A stretch of 28,106 bases of DNA from Luteimonas sp. (GCA_039919835.1 JBDSEX010000033.1:1-28106), one strand, 5' to 3'; positions 17,778 through 27,590 are shown, counted from the stretch's first letter. The notes: generated from the letters alone by a model not told the origin. Made by a program: numbers and translations.

Positions 17778-19757
17778 TTAGCGGGACGGCACCAGCGTCT
17801 GCACCGTGTAACTGACCGGCGCGGGGGCACCAGCGGCATGCAGGGTGGCTTTTCCCAGCCGCGGAGGTGCATTGGAGGTCAGCGAGAATGAATACAACAT
17901 GCCCCAACCGAGCGTCGTGGCGGGGGAAGCGGCATTGTTCCAGCGTACTGATCCGGCGCCCGGTACGAAGGTCCAGTCGTTGTTCGCATCGAGGTCGCCG
18001 TCGCGAAACACCGTGCCACTGCTCGCCGCGGAGGTGGCCAGCGAAAATCCGTCGAAGCCGCGCGTGCTGGTGATGCGCAGGTTGGGTTCGGCGCCGGTGG
18101 TTTCAGCGAACGCGAAATCGAAGTTCATGACCGCGTAGTGATAGCGCCACAGGTTGGGGCCGATCCGGTTTGCGCGCACCGCGACCTTGGCGTGCGCGCC
18201 ATTCACCACCAGCTCGCGGTTCATCGATGCCGCATCGAAGGACGGCACGTTGTCGTGCCCTCGGCGGGTTCCAGTGACGCCGACGACCTTCGGCGATGGT
18301 GCGACCCAGCGGTCGATGGCCGGCCCGAGCGTCTGCGTGTCGTAGCCGACCAACCACACGCTGCCGTTCCACGACTGCGTGGTGCGCACGGTCGCCATCG
18401 AGTTGTAGATGTTGATGTCCTGGCGCGCGAGGTACCAGGAATCCAGCAGCCACGACGTACCCGCTGCCGGCGTGATCTGTGACTCGTCCACGATCAGGCG
18501 CTGGTAGTAGTCGTCGGTCGCTGGCGACGCGTTGGCGACGCCGTCGCAGTTCGTATCGAAGGTCGACCCGCACCGGCCCCACTGCCCAGTCGCTGGCAGG
18601 ATTTCCCAGCGCGGCGAGAGCGCATTGTTGAAGTCGTTGTTACTGGTGGAATACGTGTCTTCGCAGCCGCGTCCGAGCACGTGTGAGTTGTAGTCGCCGC
18701 TGTCCAGGCATCCGCCGTTGGTGGTCAGGAAGGCCTGCTTGACGCCCGAGCGGCCGATCTGCTCGAAGCTGCCGTCTGCGTTGATCCGATACATGTTCCA
18801 GATCAGGTACGGATGCTGGTCGTTGTTGTACGGCGCGAAATTGCCACTGAACTTGCTGTACCAGGGAATGCTCGCGGCGTAGCGCGCGGTGCTGGTTCCA
18901 AGCGGGTCGCCGGGCACGGTCGCTGCGATGTTGCCTTCATTGACGTTGTTGCGCAGCGTCGAGGCAGGCGTGATCACCACGTCGCCGCTGCCATCGGTAC
19001 CCGTGCAGCCGTTGCAGCGCATGTACTGCGCGGTGATGCGCTGCATGAAGAGATCGTTCTGGTAGGTATCGCCGTTCGGTGCCGGGTCGCCGTGCCAGGT
19101 GATGGCGTTTGAGAGCGGCATCGCGCCGCTGCCCTTGGCGACGATGCCTGCATCGAACTGCACCTCGCCAATCGCCCATCCGGTCACCTCTGGCTGGCCG
19201 ATGCGCCGGGCCAGCGCCGCGCTGATGCGGATGTCGGACGTGCGCACCGCAATCCTGCTGTCGTGTTCGGTGAGTTCGTGCATGAGCCGATCGACGTGGA
19301 ACCAGGCAGTGCCGTCGGCGCCGATCAGATTGAACTGCTGCGTGTTCTGTCCCGATTTCGCCAGTCGCGGCACCAGGCGGAAGTCGGACAGCGCGATGCT
19401 GCCCTTGCCGAGGTCAAGCGAGTAACCGCCGCGAGCCCGCAACGCGCCACCGGTGAAGGCATGCAGGTATCCGCGTTTGACGTTGAAGCGCAACCTGGCG
19501 GCGCGGTCGAGGTTGAATCGCTCCCCGCCAGAGTGGGCGAGCCTGCTCGCGTTGCCGATGGTCGAAATCCGGATGCCGAGATCCGCCGCAAGGTCGTGGT
19601 TCCAGCGCACCACGACGCTGCCGCCGCTCGCGGCCCACGCACGCACTTCCTGCTGGGCTGCGAGCGGCGGCTTCGCAGGCGTCGTCATGGCCGCGTAGGC
19701 GGCGCCGAGAAGCAAAATGCTACTGGCCAGAGTCAACAGGCGTATCGGGTTCCGCAT
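17778..19757 (-). CDS. 659-aa secreted protein of unknown function, possibly with a remote lysyl-oxidase-like central domain
   Basis: Sec signal peptide (AYA|A), six Cys, long ORF co-directional with its neighbours. The domain call is inference (see findings). Confidence 0.85.
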   Translation of the reverse strand: MRNPIRLLTLASSILLLGAAYAAMTTPAKPPLAAQQEVRAWAASGGSVVVRWNHDLAADLGIRISTIGNASRLAHSGGERFNLDRAARLRFNVKRGYLHAFTGGALRARGGYSLDLGKGSIALSDFRLVPRLAKSGQNTQQFNLIGADGTAWFHVDRLMHELTEHDSRIAVRTSDIRISAALARRIGQPEVTGWAIGEVQFDAGIVAKGSGAMPLSNAITWHGDPAPNGDTYQNDLFMQRITAQYMRCNGCTGTDGSGDVVITPASTLRNNVNEGNIAATVPGDPLGTSTARYAASIPWYSKFSGNFAPYNNDQHPYLIWNMYRINADGSFEQIGRSGVKQAFLTTNGGCLDSGDYNSHVLGRGCEDTYSTSNNDFNNALSPRWEILPATGQWGRCGSTFDTNCDGVANASPATDDYYQRLIVDESQITPAAGTSWLLDSWYLARQDINIYNSMATVRTTQSWNGSVWLVGYDTQTLGPAIDRWVAPSPKVVGVTGTRRGHDNVPSFDAASMNRELVVNGAHAKVAVRANRIGPNLWRYHYAVMNFDFAFAETTGAEPNLRITSTRGFDGFSLATSAASSGTVFRDGDLDANNDWTFVPGAGSVRWNNAASPATTLGWGMLYSFSLTSNAPPRLGKATLHAAGAPAPVSYTVQTLVPSR

Positions 19758-20002
19758 GGCAATGCCTGCTTTGGAGTGTGCGCTGATGGCGCAAGATTAA
19801 CGGTATCTGCGACACGCGCGGGTAAACGCCGAGGCCCGATGCGGATTCAGCCTGATGAAGGCCGCTGCCCCTCGCGGTCACCCGGCGCGCGCCTGCGATT
19901 TTCGCCCCGGCAAATCCATTGCGAGCATTGCCACACCACTTGTCCCTTCGAAGTACGCCTATATGGCGCGACGTGGGGCGTGCCCACGGCCAGGAAAGTA
20001 CA

Positions 20003-21370
<1,368 letters not shown>

Positions 21371-21380
21371 CGTCAGCGCC

Positions 21381-21890
21381 TCAGCCGATCACGAACAGCG
21401 GTTGGTCGAATTCCACCGGTTGCCCGCTTTCGCCCAGGATGCTGAGCACCGTTCCACTGACGTCCGCCTCGATCGGGTTGAACATCTTCATCGCCTCGAT
21501 GATGCCCAGCGTCTCACCCTGCTTGACCGCTTGGCCGATGCTGACGAATGCGGGCTTGTCCGGTGAGGGCGAGGTGTAGAAGGTGCCGACCATCGGCGCG
21601 CGCACGACGTGGCCGTCGGGAAGAGCCTGCCCCGGACTGGACCCCGGGTCGGAGTGCGGTTTGGCGCTGCCGCCGGTGGCTGCTTCGGTAGGCGACTGCA
21701 TCGGCATCGGCGCGCTGGAATAGGCCGGCTGCGGAAACGGGGCCTGCATGTACACCGGCGCCGACGCGCCTGCGGCGCCCTGCGGCATGCGCGCAAGGCG
21801 AACGGACTCTTCGCCTTCCTTGATCTCGATTTCCGAGAGGTTGGATTCTTCGAGCAGGTCGATGAGTTTCTTGATCTTGCGCAGGTCCAT
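21381..21890 (-). CDS. accB: Acetyl-CoA carboxylase biotin carboxyl carrier protein
   Basis: [18 protein letters not shown] and the biotinylation motif EAMKM. Confidence 0.98.
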   Translation of the reverse strand: MDLRKIKKLIDLLEESNLSEIEIKEGEESVRLARMPQGAAGASAPVYMQAPFPQPAYSSAPMPMQSPTEAATGGSAKPHSDPGSSPGQALPDGHVVRAPMVGTFYTSPSPDKPAFVSIGQAVKQGETLGIIEAMKMFNPIEADVSGTVLSILGESGQPVEFDQPLFVIG

Positions 21891-21949
21891 GGTGGCCTCG
21901 TCTGGTCACCCTCCCGAGCGGAGCGGGCAGGGCTGGTTGGGTTGTGGGG

Positions 21950-22399
21950 CTATTGCGCCTTGCGATCGAGCTGCTGGATCGCCGCCGCCAGCGCCAGGCC
22001 ATAGCTGAGCGGCCCGAAGCCCGCGACCACGCCGACCGCCAGGTCGCTGAAATAACTCGTATGCCGGAACGGCTCACGCGCGTGCGGGTTGGACAGGTGC
22101 ACTTCGATGAACGGGATGGCCACGGCTGCCAGCGCATCGCGCAGGGCGACCGAGGTATGCGTCAACGCTGCCGGGTTGATCAGGATGAAGCTGGTGCCGT
22201 CGTTGCGTCCGGCCTGCACGCGGTCCACCAGTTCGTGTTCGGCGTTGGACTGGAAGCTCTCGAGCGCGTGGCCTGCCGCGGTGGCACGGGAAGCAAGATC
22301 GCGGTCGATCGTTTCCAGCGAAGCATGGCCATAGATGGCCGGCTCGCGGCTGCCGAGCAGATTGAGATTGGGGCCGTGCAGGACCAGCAGCTTCGCCAT
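21950..22399 (-). CDS. aroQ: Type II 3-dehydroquinate dehydratase
   Basis: [27 protein letters not shown] and [11 protein letters not shown]. Confidence 0.97.
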   Translation of the reverse strand: MAKLLVLHGPNLNLLGSREPAIYGHASLETIDRDLASRATAAGHALESFQSNAEHELVDRVQAGRNDGTSFILINPAALTHTSVALRDALAAVAIPFIEVHLSNPHAREPFRHTSYFSDLAVGVVAGFGPLSYGLALAAAIQQLDRKAQ

Positions 22400-22598
22400 G
22401 TGCCAGGAGGGTGCCAAACGGAGGCGCAGTCTGCTTGAAGGGGTGAATGCTGTCCAGTTCGCAGAAGTTTGCCGGATTTAAGCGGGTGTTTGAGCGGAGT
22501 CTCGATTGCCAGCCATGCGCAGGGCGGGATTCACCGCGCCTGGCCGCGCTCCGCCAGGCCCTGTTTACTGAAGCGCAACGCTCGCGTGGAGACCCGAC

Positions 22599-23198
22599 CT
22601 AAGGGGTGACCCAAGCTGCGATCTCGCCTTCTGCAAATGGACCAATCCGCTGCTTGAGCAGGCGGCCGTCGGCAGAGATCAGGATGGAATAGGGCAGCAC
22701 GCCCTTGGGATTGCCGAGTCGCACGCCTGCATCGGTGGGGCCGGGCTGGTCCAGCAGAACAGGATAGGTCACCCGGGTGCGGGCCAGGAAACCACGCACG
22801 GCCTCGGTTTCATCGAGGGCGATGCCGACCACTTGCACGCCATTTGCCGCCTGTTCGACGGAGAAGCGCTGCAGTTCGGGCATTTCCCTGATGCAGGGGC
22901 CGCACCATGTGGCCCAGAGGTTGACCAGGAGGGGGCGGCCTGCGTACGCGGTCGGCAGCGTGACCAGTTGGCCGTCGAGTCCCGTCAATGAAAGCGCGGC
23001 GACGGGTTCGCCGCGTCTGGCCACCTGCGTACCCGCGGGCGGTGCGGGCGCGGATCGCGAGAGTACGGCGTGCAGCACGCGTTGGCCCAGTTCGGTTCCC
23101 AGCAGCGGGCCGGGGCCATTGATGGCGAACGACGCCACGAGGCCCAGCGTCGCGGCAACGAAGGCGATCAGGAGAATCTGTCCGGTGTTCGACTTCAT
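22599..23198 (-). CDS. Membrane-anchored TlpA/ResA-family thiol-disulfide oxidoreductase
   Basis: N-terminal TM helix, LVNLWATWCGPCIREMP and GVLPYS (cis-Pro loop). Confidence 0.92.
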   Translation of the reverse strand: MKSNTGQILLIAFVAATLGLVASFAINGPGPLLGTELGQRVLHAVLSRSAPAPPAGTQVARRGEPVAALSLTGLDGQLVTLPTAYAGRPLLVNLWATWCGPCIREMPELQRFSVEQAANGVQVVGIALDETEAVRGFLARTRVTYPVLLDQPGPTDAGVRLGNPKGVLPYSILISADGRLLKQRIGPFAEGEIAAWVTP

Positions 23199-23274
23199 GA
23201 CGTGCGAGACGCGATGGCCTCGACCTTCCCGTGCAGGCTGGACCAGTGCGACGTGGGCTGGACGTGTGTAGCAC

Positions 23275-23366
23275 GGCCCGGAGGGGGCGAGCGAAGCGAG
23301 TCGTCCGCTGACTTTCGGAGATTGAAGCCCGAGTCCCTGGGTTCCCGGGGGCGCGGGGATGACGGC
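23275..23366 (-). repeat. Degenerate CGTC-tagged REP-like element
   Basis: Minus strand CCGTCATCCCCGCGCCCCCGGGAACCCAGGGACT resembles the CGTCATTCCCGCG-N4-GCGGGAATCCAG REP class. A decayed partner arm begins AAAGTC…. Confidence 0.55.
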
Positions 23367-23415
23367 CTTGACCCGTGTTGTACCGACGTCCTTCCGGCGC
23401 CGCTGCCGGGTCGTT

Positions 23416-25878
23416 TCATCGCGCAGCGTTCTCGATGCGTTTGGCGAACGCATCGGCCTTTTCGTAACCGAACAGCCGCAGGTCGCGCCGCTCCGCGCCA
23501 TCGATGAAGAGCAGCGTCGCTGGCGGGCCGATGATGTTGAAACGCTTCATCAGCGCCTGGTCAATCTCGTCGTTCGCGGTGACATCCGCCTTGAGCAGCA
23601 CGAAATCCTCCAGCGCCGCATGCACCGCTGGCTGGGTGAAGGTGTACTTCTCCATTTCCTTGCAGGCCACGCACCAGTCCGCGTAGAAATCGAACAGCAG
23701 GGGCTTGCCGGCGGCGCGTGCGGCGGCAACTTCGCGGTCCAGATCGTCGACCGACTTGATCATCGTGAAATGGAGTTCGCGCGATTCGCGTTCGCCCATC
23801 ACGCCCGCCAGCGGCTGCAACGGATCGCGGCTGCCTGCAAGCGCGCCAAACAGCTCGGCGATGCCGATGACGCCCAAAACCACGCCCGCGCATCGCGCTG
23901 TCCAGCGCACGCCGTCGCCCACGGAAGGTTTCGCCAGCGAGAACAACCAGGTCGCGGCAGCGAGTGCGAGCAGGCCGTACAGTCCCAGCGTCGCGGCGCC
24001 CGGCAGGATGCGTGAAAGCATCCACACCGCCAGCGCGAGGAAGATGAATCCGAACACGCGCTGCACCGCCATCATCCACGGACCCGAGGTGGGCAGGCCG
24101 CGCCCCGCGGCAACACCGAACGCAAGCAACGGCGCACCCATGCCCATCGCCAGCAGGAACAATGCCGCGCCCCCAAACAGCGGATCGCGCGTCTGCCCGA
24201 TGTACAGGACCGCGGCCGCGAGTGGCGGGGCGACGCACGGTCCCACGATCAACGCGGACAACGCGCCCATCGCGGCGACGCCCGCCCACGAACCGCCGCT
24301 CTGCTGGTCGGTAATCGCGCCCATGCGCGAGCGCCATGTCGAGGGCAACTGCAATTCGTACAAGCCGAACATCGACAGCGCCAGCGCGACGAACACCGCG
24401 GCGAACGCAACGATGACCCACGGCGTCTGGAATGCGACCTGCAGGTTCGCGCCGAGCAATCCGGCAATGACGCCGGCGATGGTGAACACCACCGCGTTGG
24501 CCAGCACGTAGACGAACGACAGCGAGAACGCGCGCCGCGCGCCGATGCGTTCCCCGCGTCCTGCAATGATCCCCGACAGGATCGGGATCATTGGCAGCAC
24601 GCAAGGCGTGAAGGCAAGCAGCAGGCCGAAACCGAAGAAACCCAGCAGCGCCAGCCAGCGTCCCGACCCGGTAAGCGAGGCGGCGATGCGGGTGTCTTCG
24701 GCCTGCGGGAGTTCGCTCGTTCCTGACGCGGCGCGCGTGCCTTGCGCAGCAGCGCCTCCAGCTGCAGGAGTTTCCCGTGTCGCCTTGTTTGCATCAGGAT
24801 CAGCATCCGCATCCGCATCCGCGGCCCCTGCAGGAGCGACGGAAGTCGCGCCCTGGAATGGTCCGGAGGGAGGGGTCGCGACTGCGGTCGCCCCTGCTTG
24901 GGCTGGCGTCGAGATGTTCCCTGCCGGCAACGACAGCGCGGCTTTGCGCGTCATCGGCGGATAGCAAATGCCGTTGTCCTGGCAGCCCTGGAACGTCGCC
25001 GTCAGCGTCGCGCGTCTCGCATCGCTGACCGTGCGCCGCAACGCGACGGGGACTTCCACCTGGTCGAAGTACACGACGACATTTCCGAAGTGCTCGTCGC
25101 TGTGTTGTTGTCCCCTGGGCCAGCGCGGACGTTCCAGCGCGATCCCGTCCCCGGCATCCAGTGAAAGCGTGGTGCGGTCGCGATACAGGTAATAGCCGCG
25201 CGCGGGCGTGAAGCGCAACAGCAGCTGGTTGCCCCCATCGGCGATGGCCTCGAACGCGAACGCCTGCTCGGGCGGCAACGGCAAGCGGTCGCTGCGACCG
25301 CCCGGCGCGGTGCCGAGCAAGGACGGCGAGGTGCGGCCTCCCAGGAGGTTGCCCGCGGTGGCGACACCGTTGTCGCTCGAACCGGTGTCGCCTGCGCGAG
25401 GCAATGCGATTGTCAACGTGCGCGTTTGCGGTGGATAACAGATGCCAAGATCCGCGCAACCCTGGTACTTGATCTTGAGTGTGACGGCATTGACGGCGTT
25501 GCCGGCGACACCTGGGAGGGTGGCCGTGAGTCGATCGCGATAGGTTTCGACGTTGCCGAAGAACTCGTCGGTGTGCTTTTCGCCACCGGGCAATGTCAGC
25601 GCGGCCGCCTTGAAGTCGGCGCTGGTCGGCTGCACGGAAATGCGGTGGCGGTACAGGTAATAGCCGCCGGCGATGGCCCAGGTGATTTCGACGCGCTCAC
25701 GGGACGTTGCCGCGGCGGTCAACGCGAATGCGTCGTCCACGGGCAGCAAGTCCTTCTCGTCGATCGCCAGTGCCGGCGCGAGGAAGCTCAGCGACAAGCC
25801 ACACGCAATCAGGCTGCGCACGACGAAGCTGCACATGGAGAAGGTGTACGGCGAGTCGCCGCGCAACGACAGGGGCAT
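23416..25878 (-). CDS. dsbD: Thiol:disulfide interchange protein DsbD with two N-terminal alpha domains
   Basis: YYLYR…QGCADLGICYPP and YYLYR…QGCQDNGICYPP; TM domain FTPCVLPMIP and GPCVAPP; thioredoxin domain DFYADWCVACK. Start 25878 or 25836. Confidence 0.96.
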   Translation of the reverse strand: MPLSLRGDSPYTFSMCSFVVRSLIACGLSLSFLAPALAIDEKDLLPVDDAFALTAAATSRERVEITWAIAGGYYLYRHRISVQPTSADFKAAALTLPGGEKHTDEFFGNVETYRDRLTATLPGVAGNAVNAVTLKIKYQGCADLGICYPPQTRTLTIALPRAGDTGSSDNGVATAGNLLGGRTSPSLLGTAPGGRSDRLPLPPEQAFAFEAIADGGNQLLLRFTPARGYYLYRDRTTLSLDAGDGIALERPRWPRGQQHSDEHFGNVVVYFDQVEVPVALRRTVSDARRATLTATFQGCQDNGICYPPMTRKAALSLPAGNISTPAQAGATAVATPPSGPFQGATSVAPAGAADADADADPDANKATRETPAAGGAAAQGTRAASGTSELPQAEDTRIAASLTGSGRWLALLGFFGFGLLLAFTPCVLPMIPILSGIIAGRGERIGARRAFSLSFVYVLANAVVFTIAGVIAGLLGANLQVAFQTPWVIVAFAAVFVALALSMFGLYELQLPSTWRSRMGAITDQQSGGSWAGVAAMGALSALIVGPCVAPPLAAAVLYIGQTRDPLFGGAALFLLAMGMGAPLLAFGVAAGRGLPTSGPWMMAVQRVFGFIFLALAVWMLSRILPGAATLGLYGLLALAAATWLFSLAKPSVGDGVRWTARCAGVVLGVIGIAELFGALAGSRDPLQPLAGVMGERESRELHFTMIKSVDDLDREVAAARAAGKPLLFDFYADWCVACKEMEKYTFTQPAVHAALEDFVLLKADVTANDEIDQALMKRFNIIGPPATLLFIDGAERRDLRLFGYEKADAFAKRIENAAR

Positions 25879-25882
25879 CGGA

Positions 25883-26206
25883 TCAGGTCTCTTCGCGGCT
25901 GTGCTGGTGGATCCAGTCGAGGTAGGCGGGCGAACCGCCGACGGCTTCGACAGCAATGAGTTCCGGCAGTTCGTACGGATGCAGGGCAACGATGCGCTGC
26001 CGGAGGGGCTCAAGCCGTACGGCGGTCGTCTTGATCAGCAGCAGCACCTCGTCCGCACGCTCGATGCCGTCCTGCCATCGATAGACGGATGTCACCCCGC
26101 CGACCAGATTCACGCACGCCGCAAGGCGCTCGGAGACCAGCGTTTCGGAAATCCGGGTTGCGCTGTCGCGATCAGGGCAAGCGCAGTAGCAAACGAGGGC
26201 GGTCAA
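25883..26206 (-). CDS. cutA: Divalent-cation tolerance protein CutA
   Basis: LVSERLAACVN, SVYRWQD and HPYELPELIA. TTG start at 26206 preferred over ATG 26257. Confidence 0.93.
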   Translation of the reverse strand: MTALVCYCACPDRDSATRISETLVSERLAACVNLVGGVTSVYRWQDGIERADEVLLLIKTTAVRLEPLRQRIVALHPYELPELIAVEAVGGSPAYLDWIHQHSREET

Positions 26207-26302
26207 GTGCGCGGCCAGCCGGCAAAGAGGCACAGGGTAGCCGAGACACTCGGACACCCATGCCGATCAGCGCTCAATCGACGATCGCCTTGGTAGATGC
26301 CG

Positions 26303-26692
26303 CTACGCCAACGAGCGCCGGCCGGTGCGCTGGACGGCCAGTTGCTCCATGACCTCCACCAGCGACAGGCGCGCGCGCACCGGCGCCTCGCGGAAGGCCA
26401 GTACCAACCGCAATTCCAGGGCGTCCTCGACCAGCAATGCGTCGGCCGTCGCCACCGAGTCCAGTTGCGCGTCCTTGGACATTGCCATCGAGCCGCGGCC
26501 GGTCGCCAGCCATTCGAACTGCACCCCGGTGATCATCGCGATCTCGCGCAGGTGCGCTGCGGTCGGATGCTTGCCCTGCGGCGCTTCCCAATGGCTGACC
26601 GCGCTGCGCTGCACACCCACGCCCTGGGCCAGTTTCTGCTGCGACAGGCCGGCGTGCCGACGTGCCAAACGAATCCTCTGCTGGTCTGTCAT
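26303..26692 (-). CDS. XRE-family HTH transcriptional regulator
   Basis: RIRLARRHAGLSQQKLAQGVGVQRSAVSHWE…FEWLATGRG; SD GGGGGAG; no S24 peptidase domain. Confidence 0.93.
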   Translation of the reverse strand: MTDQQRIRLARRHAGLSQQKLAQGVGVQRSAVSHWEAPQGKHPTAAHLREIAMITGVQFEWLATGRGSMAMSKDAQLDSVATADALLVEDALELRLVLAFREAPVRARLSLVEVMEQLAVQRTGRRSLA

Positions 26693-26757
26693 CGCTCCCC
26701 CGCGAGATCGGACTGGATCACCTTACGCGACGTATTTCGCCCCGCGAACGGCTGTTG

Positions 26758-26830
26758 TTACCAATACTATCGCAGTGAATTACATTAGACATTACTGGTC
26801 TGCTTTTGGTAGCAGAATTGAGTATTGGTA
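26758..26830. promoter_or_regulatory. AT-rich control region with nested inverted repeats and a candidate + strand sigma70 promoter
   Basis: 26751-26830 is 30/80 GC. TACCAATACT (26759-68) pairs with AGTATTGGTA (26821-30); TCTGCT-N6-AGCAGA at 26799-816; TTACCA-N17-TACATT at 26758-86. Confidence 0.6.
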
Positions 26831-27051
26831 CCTGTTTTCCGCACGTCTGCAAGGGCGTTGGAGGGGACGCTTACCAGAATTATGCAGGGACGGGTGGGGG
26901 GTCCACTTCGCAGCGACATGATTACGGGGTATTTCTATCGCCGCTGACAGGGATGTCGGCTTCCCACCGCATTCGGGGGGAACGCGGCACCGCCACAGGA
27001 CGGCAGTGATCGCATCAAAAGCGCGCATGTCTGCCATGCGCGCTTTTTTTT
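26793..27051 (+). ncRNA. Candidate CsrA/RsmA-sequestering small RNA
   Basis: Six GGA motifs; hairpins GCTGACA-GGGA-TGTCGGC, CACCGCC-ACAGGAC-GGCAGTG and GCGT-TGGAGGGG-ACGC; strong terminator; no convincing ORF. The 5' end is uncertain. Confidence 0.6.
27017..27051 (+). terminator. Intrinsic terminator (potentially bidirectional)
   Basis: AAAA-GCGCGCATG-TCTGC-CATGCGCGC-T8. Confidence 0.92.
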
Positions 27052-27148
27052 CGGTCCGAACCGCTGCGCCAGTGCGTCTACTGCCGCTGGACGCGTCATG
27101 GGGTCGGCCCTGCATCGCCCGCATGACCATCGCCAGGCACGCCCGGCT

Positions 27149-27174
27149 CTTGAAAGCCCCCAGTTGCGCCCCAT
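27149..27174 (+). promoter_or_regulatory. Sigma32 promoter of groESL
   Basis: CTTGAA-N14-CCCCAT, an exact consensus match upstream of chaperonin genes. Confidence 0.88.
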
Positions 27175-27219
27175 CCTTCCTGCATCCTGGCCAAGCCGGG
27201 TTTTCTTGTGTCCACGATG

Positions 27220-27246
27220 CTGGCAGTCGATCACTGCGACTGCTAA
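27220..27246 (+). promoter_or_regulatory. CIRCE-like HrcA operator
   Basis: CTGGCAGTC-N9-GACTGCTAA compared with TTAGCACTC-N9-GAGTGCTAA; lies in the groES leader. Confidence 0.78.
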
Positions 27247-27294
27247 GATCGTCGGTCCTTTCCTCCATCAATCAACCACTTACCCGAGGTTGTC

Positions 27295-27582
27295 ATGAAT
27301 ATCAAACCCCTCTACGACCGCGTCGTCATCAAGCGCATGGAAGAAGAAAAGATGTCCGCCGGCGGCATCGTCATCCCCGACACCGTCACCGAGAAGCCCA
27401 TCAAGGGTGAAGTGGTCGCGGTTGGCGAGGGCAAGGCGCTCGACAACGGCAGCACCCGCGCGTCCAAGGTCAAGGCCGGCGACAAAGTGCTGTTCGGCAA
27501 GTACAGCGGCACCGAGGTGAAGCTCGACGGCATCGATTTGCTGGTGGTCAAGGAAGACGACATTTTCGCGGTGCTCGGCTGA
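27295..27582 (+). CDS. groES: Co-chaperonin GroES
   Basis: [18 protein letters not shown] and [15 protein letters not shown]; SD GAGG. Confidence 0.99.
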   Translation: MNIKPLYDRVVIKRMEEEKMSAGGIVIPDTVTEKPIKGEVVAVGEGKALDNGSTRASKVKAGDKVLFGKYSGTEVKLDGIDLLVVKEDDIFAVLG

Positions 27583-27590
27583 TTGCCGAG

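Noticed and set aside
19900-19940. Sigma54-like TGGCA…GC upstream of the 659-aa gene
   Set aside because: GG-to-GC spacing is two bases short of the required GG-N10-GC.
26303-26692. XRE gene as a prophage repressor remnant
   Set aside because: No integrase, att site, phage genes or S24 domain; it is flanked by core genes.
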